The notes below the pieces were generated by a model. That model was not told the DNA's origin. It worked only from the letters and a program-made list of their open reading frames with translations, and did no database searches. DNA of 64,000 nucleotides from Nemertoderma westbladi (Eukaryota > Animalia > Xenacoelomorpha), in the NCBI GenBank assembly GCA_032718475.1, contig JAUCBJ010003043.1:2983-66982 (forward strand), in the 5' to 3' direction. The translations under genes and the position numbers were made by a program. Shown here one piece after another: positions 24,001 to 39,000 of the stretch; the first letter of the stretch is position 1, and each line of letters starts with the position of its first letter.

Positions 24001-27000
24001 AGTAAATGTATGTAGGAGGGAATGAAGAACGTAGAGGCATTCATAGTAAATGTATGTAGGAGGGAATGAAGATCGTAGAGGCATTCATAGTAAATGTATG
24101 TAGGAGGGAATGAAGATCGTAGAGGCATTCATAGTAAATGTATGAAGTAGGGAAAGAACGTAGAGGCATTCATAGTAAATGTATGGAGTAGGGAAAGAAC
24201 GTAGAGGCATTCATAGTAAATGTATGGAGGAGGGAGAGAACGTAGAGGCATTCATAGTAAATGAGGAGGGAGAGAACGTAGAGGCATTCATAGTAAATGA
24301 GGAGGGAGAGAACGTAGAGGCATTCATAGTAAATGAGGAGGGAGAGAACGTAGAGGCATTCATAGTAAATGAGGAGGGAGAGAACGTAGAGGCATTCATA
24401 GTAAATGAGGAGGGAGAGAACGTAGAGGCATTCATAGTAAATGTATGGAGTAGGGAAAGAACGTAGAGGCATTCATAGTAAATGTATGGAGGAGGGAATG
24501 AAGAACGTAGAGGCATTCATAGTAAATGTATGTAGGAGGGAATGAAGAACGTAGAGGCATTCATAGTAAATGTATGGAGTAGGGAAAGAAGAACGTAGAG
24601 GCATTCATAGTAAATGTATGGAGTAGGGAAAGATCGTAGAGGCATTCATAGTAAATGTATGGAGGAGGGAAAGAACGTAGAGGCATTCATAGTAAATGTA
24701 TGGAGGAGGGAATGAAGAACGTAGAGGCATTCATAGTAAATGTATGGAGGAGGGAAAGATCGTAGAGGCATTCATAGTAAATGTATGGAGGAGGGAATGA
24801 AGAACGTAGAGGCATTCATAGTAAATGTATGGAGTAGGGAAAGATCGTAGAGGCATTCATAGTAAATGTATGGAGGAGGGAGAGAACGTAGAGGCATTCA
24901 TAGTAAATGTATGGAGTAGGGAGAGAACGTAGAGGCATTCATAGTAAATGTATGGAGGAGGGAATGAAGAACGTAGAGGCATTCATAGTAAATGTATGGA
25001 GGAGGGAAAGATCGTAGAGGCATTCATAGTAAATGTATGGAGGAGGGAATGAAGAACGTAGAGGCATTCATAGTAAATGTATGGAGTAGGGAAAGAACGT
25101 AGAGGCATTCATAGTAAATGTATGGAGGAGGGAATGAAGAACGTAGAGGCATTCATAGTAAATGTATGGAGGAGGGAAAGATCGTAGAGGCATTCATAGT
25201 AAATGTATGGAGGAGGGAATGAAGAACGTAGAGGCATTCATAGTAAATGTATGGAGTAGGGAAAGAACGTAGAGGCATTCATAGTAAATGTATGGAGTAG
25301 GGAAAGAACGTAGAGGCATTCATAGTAAATGTATGGAGGAGGGAAAGATCGTAGAGGCATTCATAGTAAATGTATGGAGGAGGGAATGAAGAACGTAGAG
25401 GCATTCATAGTAAATGTATGGAGGAGGGAAAGATCGTAGAGGCATTCATAGTAAATGTATGGAGGAGGGAATGAAGAACGTAGAGGCATTCATAGTAAAT
25501 GTATGGAGTAGGGAAAGAACGTAGAGGCATTCATAGTAAATGTATGGAGGAGGGAAAGATCGTAGAGGCATTCATAGTAAATGTATGGAGGAGGGAATGA
25601 AGAACGTAGAGGCATTCATAGTAAATGTATGGAGTAGGGAAAGATCGTAGAGGCATTCATAGTAAATGTATGGAGGAGGGAATGAAGAACGTAGAGGCAT
25701 TCATAGTAAATGTATGGAGTAGGGAAAGAACGTAGAGGCATTCATAGTAAATGTATGGAGTAGGGAAAGAGCGTAGAGGCATTCATAGTAAATGTATGGA
25801 GGAGGGAAAGAACGTAGAGGCATTCATAGTAAATGTATGGAGTAGGGAAAGATCGTAGAGGCATTCATAGTAAATGTATGGAGTAGGGAAAGAACGTAGA
25901 GGCATTCATAGTAAATGTATGGAGTAGGGAAAGAACGTAGAGGAATTCATAGTAAATGTATGGAGTAGGGAAAGAACGTAGAGGAATTCATAGTAAATGT
26001 ATGGAGGAGGGAATGAAGAACGTAGAGGCATTCATAGTAAATGTATGGAGGAGGGAAAGAACGTAGAGGCATTCATAGTAAATGTATGGAGTAGGGAAAG
26101 AACGTAGAGGAATTCATAGTAAATGTATGGAGGAGGGAAAGAACGTAGAGGCATTCATAGTAAATGTATGGAGGAGGGAATGAAGAACGTAGAGGCATTC
26201 ATAGTAAATGTATGAAGGAGGGAAAGAACGTAGAGGAATTCATAGTAAATGTATGGAGGAGGGAAAGAACGTAGAGGCATTCATAGTAAATGTATGGAGG
26301 AGGGAATGAAGAACGTAGAGGCATTCATAGTAAATGTATGGAGGAGGGAAAGATCGTAGAGGCATTCATAGTAAATGTATGGAGGAGGGAAAGAACGTAG
26401 AGGCATTCATAGTAAATGTATGGAGTAGGGAAAGAACGTAGAGGCATTCATAGTAAATGTATGGAGTAGGGAAAGAACGTAGAGGAATTCATAGTAAATG
26501 TATGGAGTAGGGAAAGAAGAACGTAGAGGAATTCATAGAAAATGTATGGAGTAGGGAAAGAAGAACGTAGAGGCATTCATAGTAAATGTATGGAGGAGGG
26601 AAAGATCGTAGAGGCATTCATAGTAAATGTATGGAGGAGGGAATGAAGAACGTAGAGGCATTCATAGTAAATGTATGGAGGAGGGAAAGATCGTAGAGGC
26701 ATTCATAGTAAATGTATGGAGGAGGGAAAGAACGTAGAGGCATTCATAGTAAATGTATGGAGGAGGGAAAGAACGTAGAGGCATTCATAGTAAATGTATG
26801 GAGTAGGGAAAGAACGTAGAGGCATTCATAGTAAATGTATGGAGTAGGGAAAGAACGTAGAGGAATTCATAGTAAATGTATGGAGTAGGGAAAGAAGAAC
26901 GTAGAGGAATTCATAGAAAATGTATGGAGTAGGGAAAGAAGAACGTAGAGGCATTCATAGTAAATGTATGGAGGAGGGAAAGATCGTAGAGGCATTCATA

Positions 27001-30000
27001 GTAAATGTATGGAGGAGGGAAAGAACGTAGAGGCATTCATAGTAAATGTATGGAGTAGGGAAAGAACGTAGAGGCATTCATAGTAAATGTATGGAGTAGG
27101 GAAAGAACGTAGAGGAATTCATAGTAAATGTATGGAGGAGGGAAAGAAGAACGTAGAGGCATTCATAGTAAATGAGTAGGGAAAGAACGTAGAGGCATTC
27201 ATAGTAAATGTATGGAGTAGGGAATGAAGATCGTAGAGGCATTCATAGTAAATGTATGGAGGAGGGAATGAAGAACGTAGAGGCATTCATAGTAAATGTA
27301 TGGAGGAGGGAATGAAGAACGTAGAGGCATTCATAGTAAATGTATGGAGGAGGGAATGAAGAACGTAGAGGCATTCATAGTAAATGTATGGAGTAGGGAA
27401 AGAAGAACGTAGAGGCATTCATAGTAAATGTATGGAGGAGGGAAAGAAGAACGTAGAGGCATTCATAGTAAATGTATGTAGGAGGGAATGAAGATCGTAG
27501 AGGCATTCATAGTAAATGTATGGAGGAGGGAATGAAGAACGTAGAGGCATTCATAGTAAATGTATGGAGTAGGGAAAGAAGAACGTAGAGGCATTCATAG
27601 TAAATGTATGGAGTAGGGAAAGAACGTAGAGGCATTCATAGTAAATGTATGTAGGAGGGAATGAAGATCGTAGAGGCATTCATAGTAAATGTATGGAGGA
27701 GGGAATGAAGAACGTAGAGGCATTCATAGTAAATGTATGGAGGAGGGAAAGAAGAACGTAGAGGCATTCATAGTAAATGTATGGAGGAGGGAATGAAGAA
27801 CGTAGAGGCATTCATAGTAAATGTATGTAGGAGGGAATGAAGATCGTAGAGGCATTCATAGTAAATGTATGGAGGAGGGAATGAAGAACGTAGAGGCATT
27901 CATAGTAAATGTATGTAGGAGGGAATGAAGATCGTAGAGGCATTCATAGTAAATGTATGAAGGAGGGAATGAAGATCGTAGAGGCATTCATAGTAAATGT
28001 ATGAAGGAGGGAATGAAGATCGTAGAGGCATTCATAGTAAATGTATGGAGTAGGGAAAGAACGTAGAGGCATTCATAGTAAATGTATGGAGGAGGGAAAG
28101 AAGAACGTAGAGGCATTCATAGTAAATGTATGGAGGAGGGAATGAAGATCGTAGAGGCATTCATAGTAAATGTATGGAGTAGGGAAAGAAGAACGTAGAG
28201 GCATTTATAGTAAATGTATGGAGTAGGGAAAGAACGTAGAGGCATTCATAGTAAATGTATGGAGGAGGGAATGAAGATCGTAGAGGCATTCATAGTAAAT
28301 GTATGGAGGAGGGAATGAAGAACGTAGAGGCATTCATAGTAAATGTATGGAGTAGGGAAAGAACGTAGAGGCATTCATAGTAAATGTATGGAGGAGGGAA
28401 AGAACGTAGAGGCATTCATAGTAAATGTATGGAGTAGGGAAAGAACGTAGAGGCATTCATAGTAAATGTATGGAGGAGGGAATGAAGAACGTAGAGGCAT
28501 TCATAGTAAATGTATGGAGTAGGGAAAGAACGTAGAGGCATTCATAGTAAATGTATGGAGGAGGGAAAGAAGAACGTAGAGGCATTCATAGTAAATGTAT
28601 GGAGGAGGGAATGAAGAACGTAGAGGCATTCATAGTAAATGTATGGAGTAGGGAAAGAACGTAGAGGCATTCATAGTAAATGTATGGAGTAGGGAAAGAA
28701 CGTAGAGGCATTCATAGTAAATGTATGGAGGAGGGAAAGAAGAACGTAGAGGCATTCATAGTAAATGTATGGAGGAGGGAATGAAGAACGTAGAGGCATT
28801 CATAGTAAATGTATGTAGGAGGGAATGAAGATCGTAGAGGCATTCATAGTAAATGTATGTAGGAATGAACGTAGAGGCATTCATAGTAAATGTATGTAGG
28901 AGGGAATGAAGATCGTAGAGGCATTCATAGTAAATGTATGGAGGAGGGAATGAAGATCGTAGAGGCATTCATAGTAAATGTATGGAGTAGGGAAAGAACG
29001 TAGAGGCATTCATAGTAAATGTATGGAGTAGGGAAAGAACGTAGAGGCATTCATAGTAAATGTATGGAGTAGGGAAAGAACGTAGAGGCATTCATAGTAA
29101 ATGTATGGAGGAGGGAATGAAGAACGTAGAGGCATTCATAGTAAATGTATGGAGTAGGGAAAGAAGAACGTAGAGGCATTCATAGTAAATGTATGGAGTA
29201 GGGAAAGAACGTAGAGGCATTCATAGTAAATGTATGGAGTAGGGAAAGAACGTAGAGGCATTCATAGTAAATGTATGGAGTAGGGAAAGAACGTAGAGGC
29301 ATTCATAGTAAATGTATGGAGTAGGGAAAGAACGTAGAGGCATTCATAGTAAATGTATGGAGGAGGGAATGAAGAACGTAGAGGCATTCATAGTAAATGT
29401 ATGGAGTAGGGAAAGAAGAACGTAGAGGCATTCATAGTAAATGTATGGAGTAGGGAAAGAAGAACGTAGAGGCATTCATAGTAAATGTATGGAGTAGGGA
29501 AAGAAGAACGTAGAGGCATTCATAGTAAATGTATGGAGGAGGGAATGAAGAACGTAGAGGCATTCATAGTAAATGTATGGAGTAGGGAAAGAACGTAGAG
29601 GCATTCATAGTAAATGTATGGAGTAGGGAAAGAACGTAGAGGCATTCATAGTAAATGTATGGAGTAGGGAAAGAACGTAGAGGCATTCATAGTAAATGTA
29701 TGGAGTAGGGAAAGAACGTAGAGGCATTCATAGTAAATGTATGGAGGAGGGAATGAAGAACGTAGAGGCATTCATAGTAAATGTATGGAGTAGGGAAAGA
29801 AGAACGTAGAGGCATTCATAGTAAATGTATGGAGTAGGGAAAGAAGAACGTAGAGGCATTCATAGTAAATGTATGGAGTAGGGAAAGAAGAACGTAGAGG
29901 CATTCATAGTAAATGTATGGAGTAGGGAAAGAAGAACGTAGAGGCATTCATAGTAAATGTATGGAGGAGGGAATGAAGAACGTAGAGGCATTCATAGTAA

Positions 30001-33000
30001 ATGTATGTAGGAGGGAATGAAGATCGTAGAGGCATTCATAGTAAATGTATGGAGGAGGGAATGAAGAACGTAGAGGCATTCATAGTAAATGTATGGAGTA
30101 GGGAAAGAAGAACGTAGAGGCATTCATAGTAAATGTATGGAGGAGGGAAAGAAGAACGTAGAGGCATTCATAGTAAATGTATGGAGGAGGGAATGAAGAA
30201 CGTAGAGGCATTCATAGTAAATGTATGGAGTAGGGAAAGAAGAACGTAGAGGCATTCATAGTAAATGTATGGAGGAGGGAAAGAAGAACGTAGAGGCATT
30301 CATAGTAAATGTATGTAGGAGGGAATGAAGATCGTAGAGGCATTCATAGTAAATGTATGTAGGAGGGAATGAAGATCGTAGAGGCATTCATAGTAAATGT
30401 ATGAAGTAGGGAAAGAACGTAGAGGCATTCATAGTAAATGTATGGAGTAGGGAAAGAACGTAGAGGCATTCATAGTAAATGTATGGAGGAGGGAGAGAAC
30501 GTAGAGGCATTCATAGTAAATGAGGAGGGAGAGAACGTAGAGGCATTCATAGTAAATGAGTAGGGAGAGAACGTAGAGGCATTCATAGTAAATGAGGAGG
30601 GAGAGAACGTAGAGGCATTCATAGTAAATGAGGAGGGAGAGAACGTAGAGGCATTCATAGTAAATGAGGAGGGAGAGAACGTAGAGGCATTCATAGTAAA
30701 TGTATGGAGTAGGGAAAGAACGTAGAGGCATTCATAGTAAATGTATGGAGGAGGGAATGAAGAACGTAGAGGCATTCATAGTAAATGAGTAGGGAGAGAA
30801 CGTAGAGGCATTCATAGTAAATGAGTAGGGAGAGAACGTAGAGGCATTCATAGTAAATGAGTAGGGAGAGAACGTAGAGGCATTCATAGTAAATGAGTAG
30901 GGAGAGAACGTAGAGGCATTCATAGTAAATGAGGAGGGAGAGAACGTAGAGGCATTCATAGTAAATGAGGAGGGAGAGAACGTAGAGGCATTCATAGTAA
31001 ATGAGTAGGGAGAGAACGTAGAGGCATTCATAGTAAATGAGGAGGGAGAGAACGTAGAGGCATTCATAGTAAATGAGGAGGGAGAGAACGTAGAGGCATT
31101 CATAGTAAATGAGTAGGGAGAGAACGTAGAGGCATTCATAGTAAATGAGTAGGGAGAGAACGTAGAGGCATTCATAGTAAATGAGGAGGGAGAGAACGTA
31201 GAGGCATTCATAGTAAATGAGGAGGGAGAGAACGTAGAGGCATTCATAGTAAATGAGGAGGGAGAGAACGTAGAGGCATTCATAGTAAATGTATGGAGTA
31301 GGGAAAGAACGTAGAGGCATTCATAGTAAATGTATGGAGGAGGGAATGAAGAACGTAGAGGCATTCATAGTAAATGTATGTAGGAGGGAATGAAGAACGT
31401 AGAGGCATTCATAGTAAATGTATGGAGTAGGGAAAGAACGTAGAGGCATTCATAGTAAATGTATGTAGGAGGGAATGAAGAACGTAGAGGCATTCATAGT
31501 AAATGTATGTAGGAGGGAATGAAGATCGTAGAGGCATTCATAGTAAATGTATGGAGGAGGGAATGAAGAACGTAGAGGCATTCATAGTAAATGTATGGAG
31601 GAGGGAAAGAAGAACGTAGAGGCATTCATAGTAAATGTATGAAGGAGGGAATGAAGATCGTAGAGGCATTCATAGTAAATGTATGGAGGAGGGAATGAAG
31701 AACGTAGAGGCATTTATAGTAAATGTATGGAGTAGGGAAAGAACGTAGAGGCATTCATAGTAAATGTATGGAGTAGGGAAAGATCGTAGAGGCATTCATA
31801 GTAAATGTATGGAGTTGGGAAAGAACGTAGAGGCATTCATAGTAAATGTATGGAGGAGGGAATGAAGAACGTAGAGGCATTCATAGTAAATGTATGGAGG
31901 AGGGAATGAAGAACGTAGAGGCATTCATAGTAAATGTATGTAGGAGGGAATGAAGATCGTAGAGGCATTCATAGTAAATGTATGTAGGAGGGAATGAAGA
32001 ACGTAGAGGCATTCATAGTAAATGTATGGAGTAGGGAATGAAGAACGTAGAGGCATTCATAGTAAATGTATGGAGTAGGGAATGAAGAACGTAGAGGCAT
32101 TCATAGTAAATGTATGGAGTAGGGAATGAAGAACGTAGAGGCATTCATAGTAAATGTATGGAGTAGGGAATGAAGAACGTAGAGGCATTCATAGTAAATG
32201 TATGGAGGAGGGAGAGAACGTAGAGGCATTCATAGTAAATGAGGAGGGAGAGAACGTAGAGGCATTCATAGTAAATGTATGTAGGAGGGAATGAAGATCG
32301 TAGAGGCATTCATAGTAAATGTATGGAGTAGGGAATGAAGAACGTAGAGGCATTCATAGTAAATGTATGGAGGAGGGAGAGAACGTAGAGGCATTCATAG
32401 TAAATGAGGAGGGAGAGAACGTAGAGGCATTCATAGTAAATGTATGTAGGAGGGAATGAAGATCGTAGAGGCATTCATAGTAAATGTATGTAGGAGGGAA
32501 TGAAGAACGTAGAGGCATTCATAGTAAATGTATGGAGGAGGGAATGAAGAACGTAGAGGCATTCATAGTAAATGTATGGAGGAGGGAATGAAGAACGTAG
32601 AGGCATTCATAGTAAATGTATGTAGGAGGGAATGAAGATCGTAGAGGCATTCATAGTAAATGTATGGAGGAGGGAATGAAGAACGTAGAGGCATTCATAG
32701 TAAATGTATGGAGGAGGGAAAGAAGAACGTAGAGGCATTCATAGTAAATGTATGAAGGAGGGAATGAAGATCGTAGAGGCATTCATAGTAAATGTATGTA
32801 GGAGGGAATGAAGATCGTAGAGGCATTCATAGTAAATGTATGGAGGAGGGAATGAAGATCGTAGAGGCATTCATAGTAAATGTATGGAGGAGGGAATGAA
32901 GAACGTAGAGGCATTCATAGTAAATGTATGTAGGAGGGAATGAAGATCGTAGAGGCATTCATAGTAAATGTATGTAGGAGGGAATGAAGAACGTAGAGGC

Positions 33001-36000
33001 ATTCATAGTAAATGTATGTAGGAGGGAATGAAGATCGTAGAGGCATTCATAGTAAATGTATGGAGGAGGGAATGAAGAACGTAGAGGCATTCATAGTAAA
33101 TGTATGGAGGAGGGAAAGAAGAACGTAGAGGCATTCATAGTAAATGTATGAAGGAGGGAATGAAGATCGTAGAGGCATTCATAGTAAATGTATGTAGGAG
33201 GGAATGAAGATCGTAGAGGCATTCATAGTAAATGTATGGAGGAGGGAATGAAGAACGTAGAGGCATTCATAGTAAATGTATGGAGGAGGGAATGAAGATC
33301 GTAGAGGCATTCATAGTAAATGTATGTAGGAGGGAATGAAGATCGTAGAGGCATTCATAGTAAATGTATGGAGGAGGGAATGAAGAACGTAGAGGCATTC
33401 ATAGTAAATGTATGGAGGAGGGAAAGAAGAACGTAGAGGCATTCATAGTAAATGTATGAAGGAGGGAATGAAGATCGTAGAGGCATTCATAGTAAATGTA
33501 TGTAGGAGGGAAAGAACGTAGAGGCATTCATAGTAAATGTATGGAGGAGGGAATGAAGAACGTAGAGGCATTCATAGTAAATGTATGGAGGAGGGAAAGA
33601 AGAACGTAGAGGCATTCATAGTAAATGTATGGAGGAGGGAATGAAGAACGTAGAGGCATTCATAGTAAATGTATGAAGGAGGGAATGAAGATCGTAGAGG
33701 CATTCATAGTAAATGTATGTAGGAGGGAAAGAACGTAGAGGCATTCATAGTAAATGTATGGAGGAGGGAATGAAGAACGTAGAGGCATTCATAGTAAATG
33801 TATGGAGGAAAGAACGTAGAGGCATTCATAGTAAATGTATGGAGGAGGGAAAGAAGAACGTAGAGGCATTCATAGTAAATGTATGGAGGAGGGAATGAAG
33901 AACGTAGAGGCATTCATAGTAAATGTATGTAGGAGGGAATGAAGAACGTAGAGGCATTCATAGTAAATGTATGGAGTAGGGAGAGAACGTAGAGGCATTC
34001 ATAGTAAATGTATGGAGGAGGGAAAGAACGTAGAGGCATTCATAGTAAATGTATGAAGGAGGGAATGAAGATCGTAGAGGCATTCATAGTAAATGTATGG
34101 AGGAGGGAGAGAACGTAGAGGCATTCATAGTAAATGTATGGAGGAGGGAAAGAACGTAGAGGCATTCATAGTAAATGTATGGAGGAGGGAAAGATCGTAG
34201 AGGCATTCATAGTAAATGTATGGAGGAGGGAAAGAAGAACGTAGAGGCATTCATAGTAAATGTATGGAGGAGGGAATGAAGAACGTAGAGGCATTCATAG
34301 TAAATGTATGTAGGAGGGAATGAAGAACGTAGAGGCATTCATAGTAAATGTATGGAGTAGGGAGAGAACGTAGAGGCATTCATAGTAAATGTATGGAGGA
34401 GGGAAAGAACGTAGAGGCATTCATAGTAAATGTATGAAGGAGGGAATGAAGATCGTAGAGGCATTCATAGTAAATGTATGGAGGAGGGAATGAAGAACGT
34501 AGAGGCATTCATAGTAAATGTATGGAGGAGGGAATGAAGAACGTAGAGGCATTCATAGTAAATGTATGGAGGAGGGAAAGAAGAACGTAGAGGCATTCAT
34601 AGTAAATGTATGAAGGAGGGAAAGAACGTAGAGGCATTCATAGTAAATGTATGGAGTAGGGAATGAAGATCGTAGAGGCATTCATAGTAAATGTATGGAG
34701 TAGGGAAAGAACGTAGAGGCATTCATAGTAAATGTATGGAGTAGGGAAAGAACGTAGAGGCATTCATAGTAAATGTATGGAGTAGGGAAAGAACGTAGAG
34801 GCATTCATAGTAAATGTATGGAGTAGGGAAAGAACGTAGAGGCATTCATAGTAAATGTATGTAGGAGGGAATGAAGAACGTAGAGGCATTCATAGTAAAT
34901 GTATGGAGTAGGGAAAGAACGTAGAGGCATTCATAGTAAATGTATGTAGGAGGGAATGAAGAACGTAGAGGCATTCATAGTAAATGTATGGAGTAGGGAA
35001 AGAACGTAGAGGCATTCATAGTAAATGTATGTAGGAGGGAATGAAGAACGTAGAGGCATTCATAGTAAATGTATGGAGTAGGGAAAGAACGTAGAGGCAT
35101 TCATAGTAAATGTATGGAGGAGGGAATGAAGAACGTAGAGGCATTCATAGTAAATGTATGGAGTAGGGAAAGAACGTAGAGGCATTCATAGTAAATGTAT
35201 GTAGGAGGGAATGAAGAACGTAGAGGCATTCATAGTAAATGTATGGAGTAGGGAAAGAACGTAGAGGCATTCATAGTAAATGTATGGAGGAGGGAATGAA
35301 GAACGTAGAGGCATTCATAGTAAATGTATGGAGTAGGGAAAGAACGTAGAGGCATTCATAGTAAATGTATGTAGGAGGGAATGAAGAACGTAGAGGCATT
35401 CATAGTAAATGTATGGAGTAGGGAAAGAACGTAGAGGCATTCATAGTAAATGTATGTAGGAGGGAATGAAGAACGTAGAGGCATTCATAGTAAATGTATG
35501 GAGTAGGGAAAGAACGTAGAGGCATTCATAGTAAATGTATGGAGGAGGGAATGAAGAACGTAGAGGCATTCATAGTAAATGTATGAAGGAGGGAAAGATC
35601 GTAGAGGCATTCATAGTAAATGTATGGAGGAGGGAAAGAACGTAGAGGCATTCATAGTAAATGTATGGAGTAGGGAAAGAACGTAGAGGCATTCATAGTA
35701 AATGTATGTAGGAGGGAATGAAGAACGTAGAGGCATTCATAGTAAATGTATGAAGGAGGGAATGAAGAACGTAGAGGCATTCATAGTAAATGTATGAAGG
35801 AGGGAATGAAGATCGTAGAGGCATTCATAGTAAATGTATGGAGGAGGGAAAGAACGTAGAGGCATTCATAGTAAATGTATGGAGTAGGGAAAGAACGTAG
35901 AGGCATTCATAGTAAATGTATGTAGGAGGGAATGAAGAACGTAGAGGCATTCATAGTAAATGTATGAAGGAGGGAATGAAGAACGTAGAGGCATTCATAG

Positions 36001-39000
36001 TAAATGTATGGAGGAGGGAAAGAACGTAGAGGCATTCATAGTAAATGTATGGAGGAGGGAAAGAAGAACGTAGAGGCATTCATAGTAAATGTATGAAGGA
36101 GGGAATGAAGATCGTAGAGGCATTCATAGTAAATGTATGGAGGAGGGAAAGAAGAACGTAGAGGCATTCATAGTAAATGTATGAAGGAGGGAATGAAGAT
36201 CGTAGAGGCATTCATAGTAAATGTATGGAGGAGGGAATGAAGAACGTAGAGGCATTCATAGTAAATGTATGTAGGAGGGAATGAAGATCGTAGAGGCATT
36301 CATAGTAAATGTATGGAGTAGGGAATGAAGAACGTAGAGGCATTCATAGTAAATGTATGGAGTAGGGAAAGAAGAACGTAGAGGCATTCATAGTAAATGT
36401 ATGGAGTAGGGAAAGAACGTAGAGGCATTCATAGTAAATGTATGTAGGAGGGAATGAAGATCGTAGAGGCATTCATAGTAAATGTATGGAGGAGGGAATG
36501 AAGAACGTAGAGGCATTCATAGTAAATGTATGTAGGAGGGAATGAAGAACGTAGAGGCATTCATAGTAAATGTATGAAGGAGGGAATGAAGATCGTAGAG
36601 GCATTCATAGTAAATGTATGGAGTAGGGAGAGAACGTAGAGGCATTCATAGTAAATGTATGGAGGAGGGAAAGAAGAACGTAGAGGCATTCATAGTAAAT
36701 GTATGAAGGAGGGAATGAAGATCGTAGAGGCATTCATAGTAAATGTATGTAGGAGGGAATGAAGATCGTAGAGGCATTCATAGTAAATGTATGGAGTAGG
36801 GAAAGAAGAACGTAGAGGCATTCATAGTAAATGTATGGAGGAGGGAAAGAAGAACGTAGAGGCATTCATAGTAAATGTATGGAGGAGGGAAAGAAGAACG
36901 TAGAGGCATTCATAGTAAATGTATGAAGGAGGGAATGAAGATCGTAGAGGCATTCATAGTAAATGTATGTAGGAGGGAATGAAGATCGTAGAGGCATTCA
37001 TAGTAAATGTATGGAGTAGGGAAAGAAGAACGTAGAGGCATTCATAGTAAATGTATGGAGGAGGGAAAGAAGAACGTAGAGGCATTCATAGTAAATGTAT
37101 GTAGGAGGGAATGAAGATCGTAGAGGCATTCATAGTAAATGTATGGAGGAGGGAATGAAGAACGTAGAGGCATTCATAGTAAATGTATGGAGTAGGGAAA
37201 GAAGATCGTAGAGGCATTCATAGTAAATGTATGAAGGAAGGAACGTAGAGGCATTCATAGTAAATGTATGGAGTAGGGAAAGAACGTAGAGGCATTCATA
37301 GTAAATGTATGAAGGAGGGAGAGAACGTAGAGGCATTCATAGTAAATGTATGGAGGAGGGAAAGAACGTAGAGGCATTCATAGTAAATGTATGGAGGAGG
37401 GAAAGAAGAACGTAGAGGCATTCATAGTAAATGTATGAAGGAAGGAACGTAGAGGCATTCATAGTAAATGTATGGAGTAGGGAAAGAAGATCGTAGAGGC
37501 ATTCATAGTAAATGTATGAAGGAAGGAACGTAGAGGCATTCATAGTAAATGTATGGAGTAGGGAAAGAACGTAGAGGCATTCATAGTAAATGTATGAAGG
37601 AGGGAGAGAACGTAGAGGCATTCATAGTAAATGTATGGAGGAGGGAAAGAACGTAGAGGCATTCATAGTAAATGTATGGAGGAGGGAAAGAAGAACGTAG
37701 AGGCATTCATAGTAAATGTATGTAGGAATGAACGTAGAGGCATTCATAGTAAATGTATGGAGTAGGGAATGAAGAACGTAGAGGCATTCATAGTAAATGT
37801 ATGGAGTAGGGAAAGAAGAACGTAGAGGCATTCATAGTAAATGTATGGAGTAGGGAAAGAACGTAGAGGCATTCATAGTAAATGTATGTAGGAGGGAATG
37901 AAGATCGTAGAGGCATTCATAGTAAATGTATGGAGGAGGGAATGAAGAACGTAGAGGCATTCATAGTAAATGTATGGAGGAGGGAAAGAAGAACGTAGAG
38001 GCATTCATAGTAAATGTATGAAGGAGGGAATGAAGATCGTAGAGGCATTCATAGTAAATGTATGGAGGAGGGAAAGAACGTAGAGGCATTCATAGTAAAT
38101 GTATGGAGGAGGGAAAGAAGAACGTAGAGGCATTCATAGTAAATGTATGAAGGAGGGAATGAAGATCGTAGAGGCATTCATAGTAAATGTATGTAGGAGG
38201 GAATGAAGATCGTAGAGGCATTCATAGTAAATGTATGGAGGAGGGAATGAAGAACGTAGAGGCATTCATAGTAAATGTATGGAGTAGGGAAAGAAGAACG
38301 TAGAGGCATTCATAGTAAATGTATGGAGGAGGGAAAGAAGAACGTAGAGGCATTCATAGTAAATGTATGTAGGAGGGAATGAAGATCGTAGAGGCATTCA
38401 TAGTAAATGTATGGAGTAGGGAATGAAGAACGTAGAGGCATTCATAGTAAATGTATGGAGTAGGGAAAGAAGAACGTAGAGGCATTCATAGTAAATGTAT
38501 GGAGTAGGGAAAGAAGAACGTAGAGGCATTCATAGTAAATGTATGAAGGAGGGAAAGAAGAACGTAGAGGCATTCATAGTAAATGTATGGAGGAGGGAAT
38601 GAAGAACGTAGAGGCATTCATAGTAAATGTATGGAGGAGGGAATGAAGAACGTAGAGGCATTCATAGTAAATGTATGGAGGAGGGAATGAAGAACGTAGA
38701 GGCATTCATAGTAAATGTATGGAGGAGGGAATGAAGAACGTAGAGGCATTCATAGTAAATGTATGAAGGAAGGAACGTAGAGGCATTCATAGTAAATGTA
38801 TGGAGTAGGGAAAGATCGTAGAGGCATTCATAGTAAATGTATGGAGGAGGGAAAGAACGTAGAGGCATTCATAGTAAATGTATGGAGTAGGGAAAGAAGA
38901 ACGTAGAGGCATTCATAGTAAATGTATGGAGTAGGGAAAGAAGAACGTATAGGCATTCATAGTAAATGTATGAAGGAAGGAACGTAGAGGCATTCATAGT

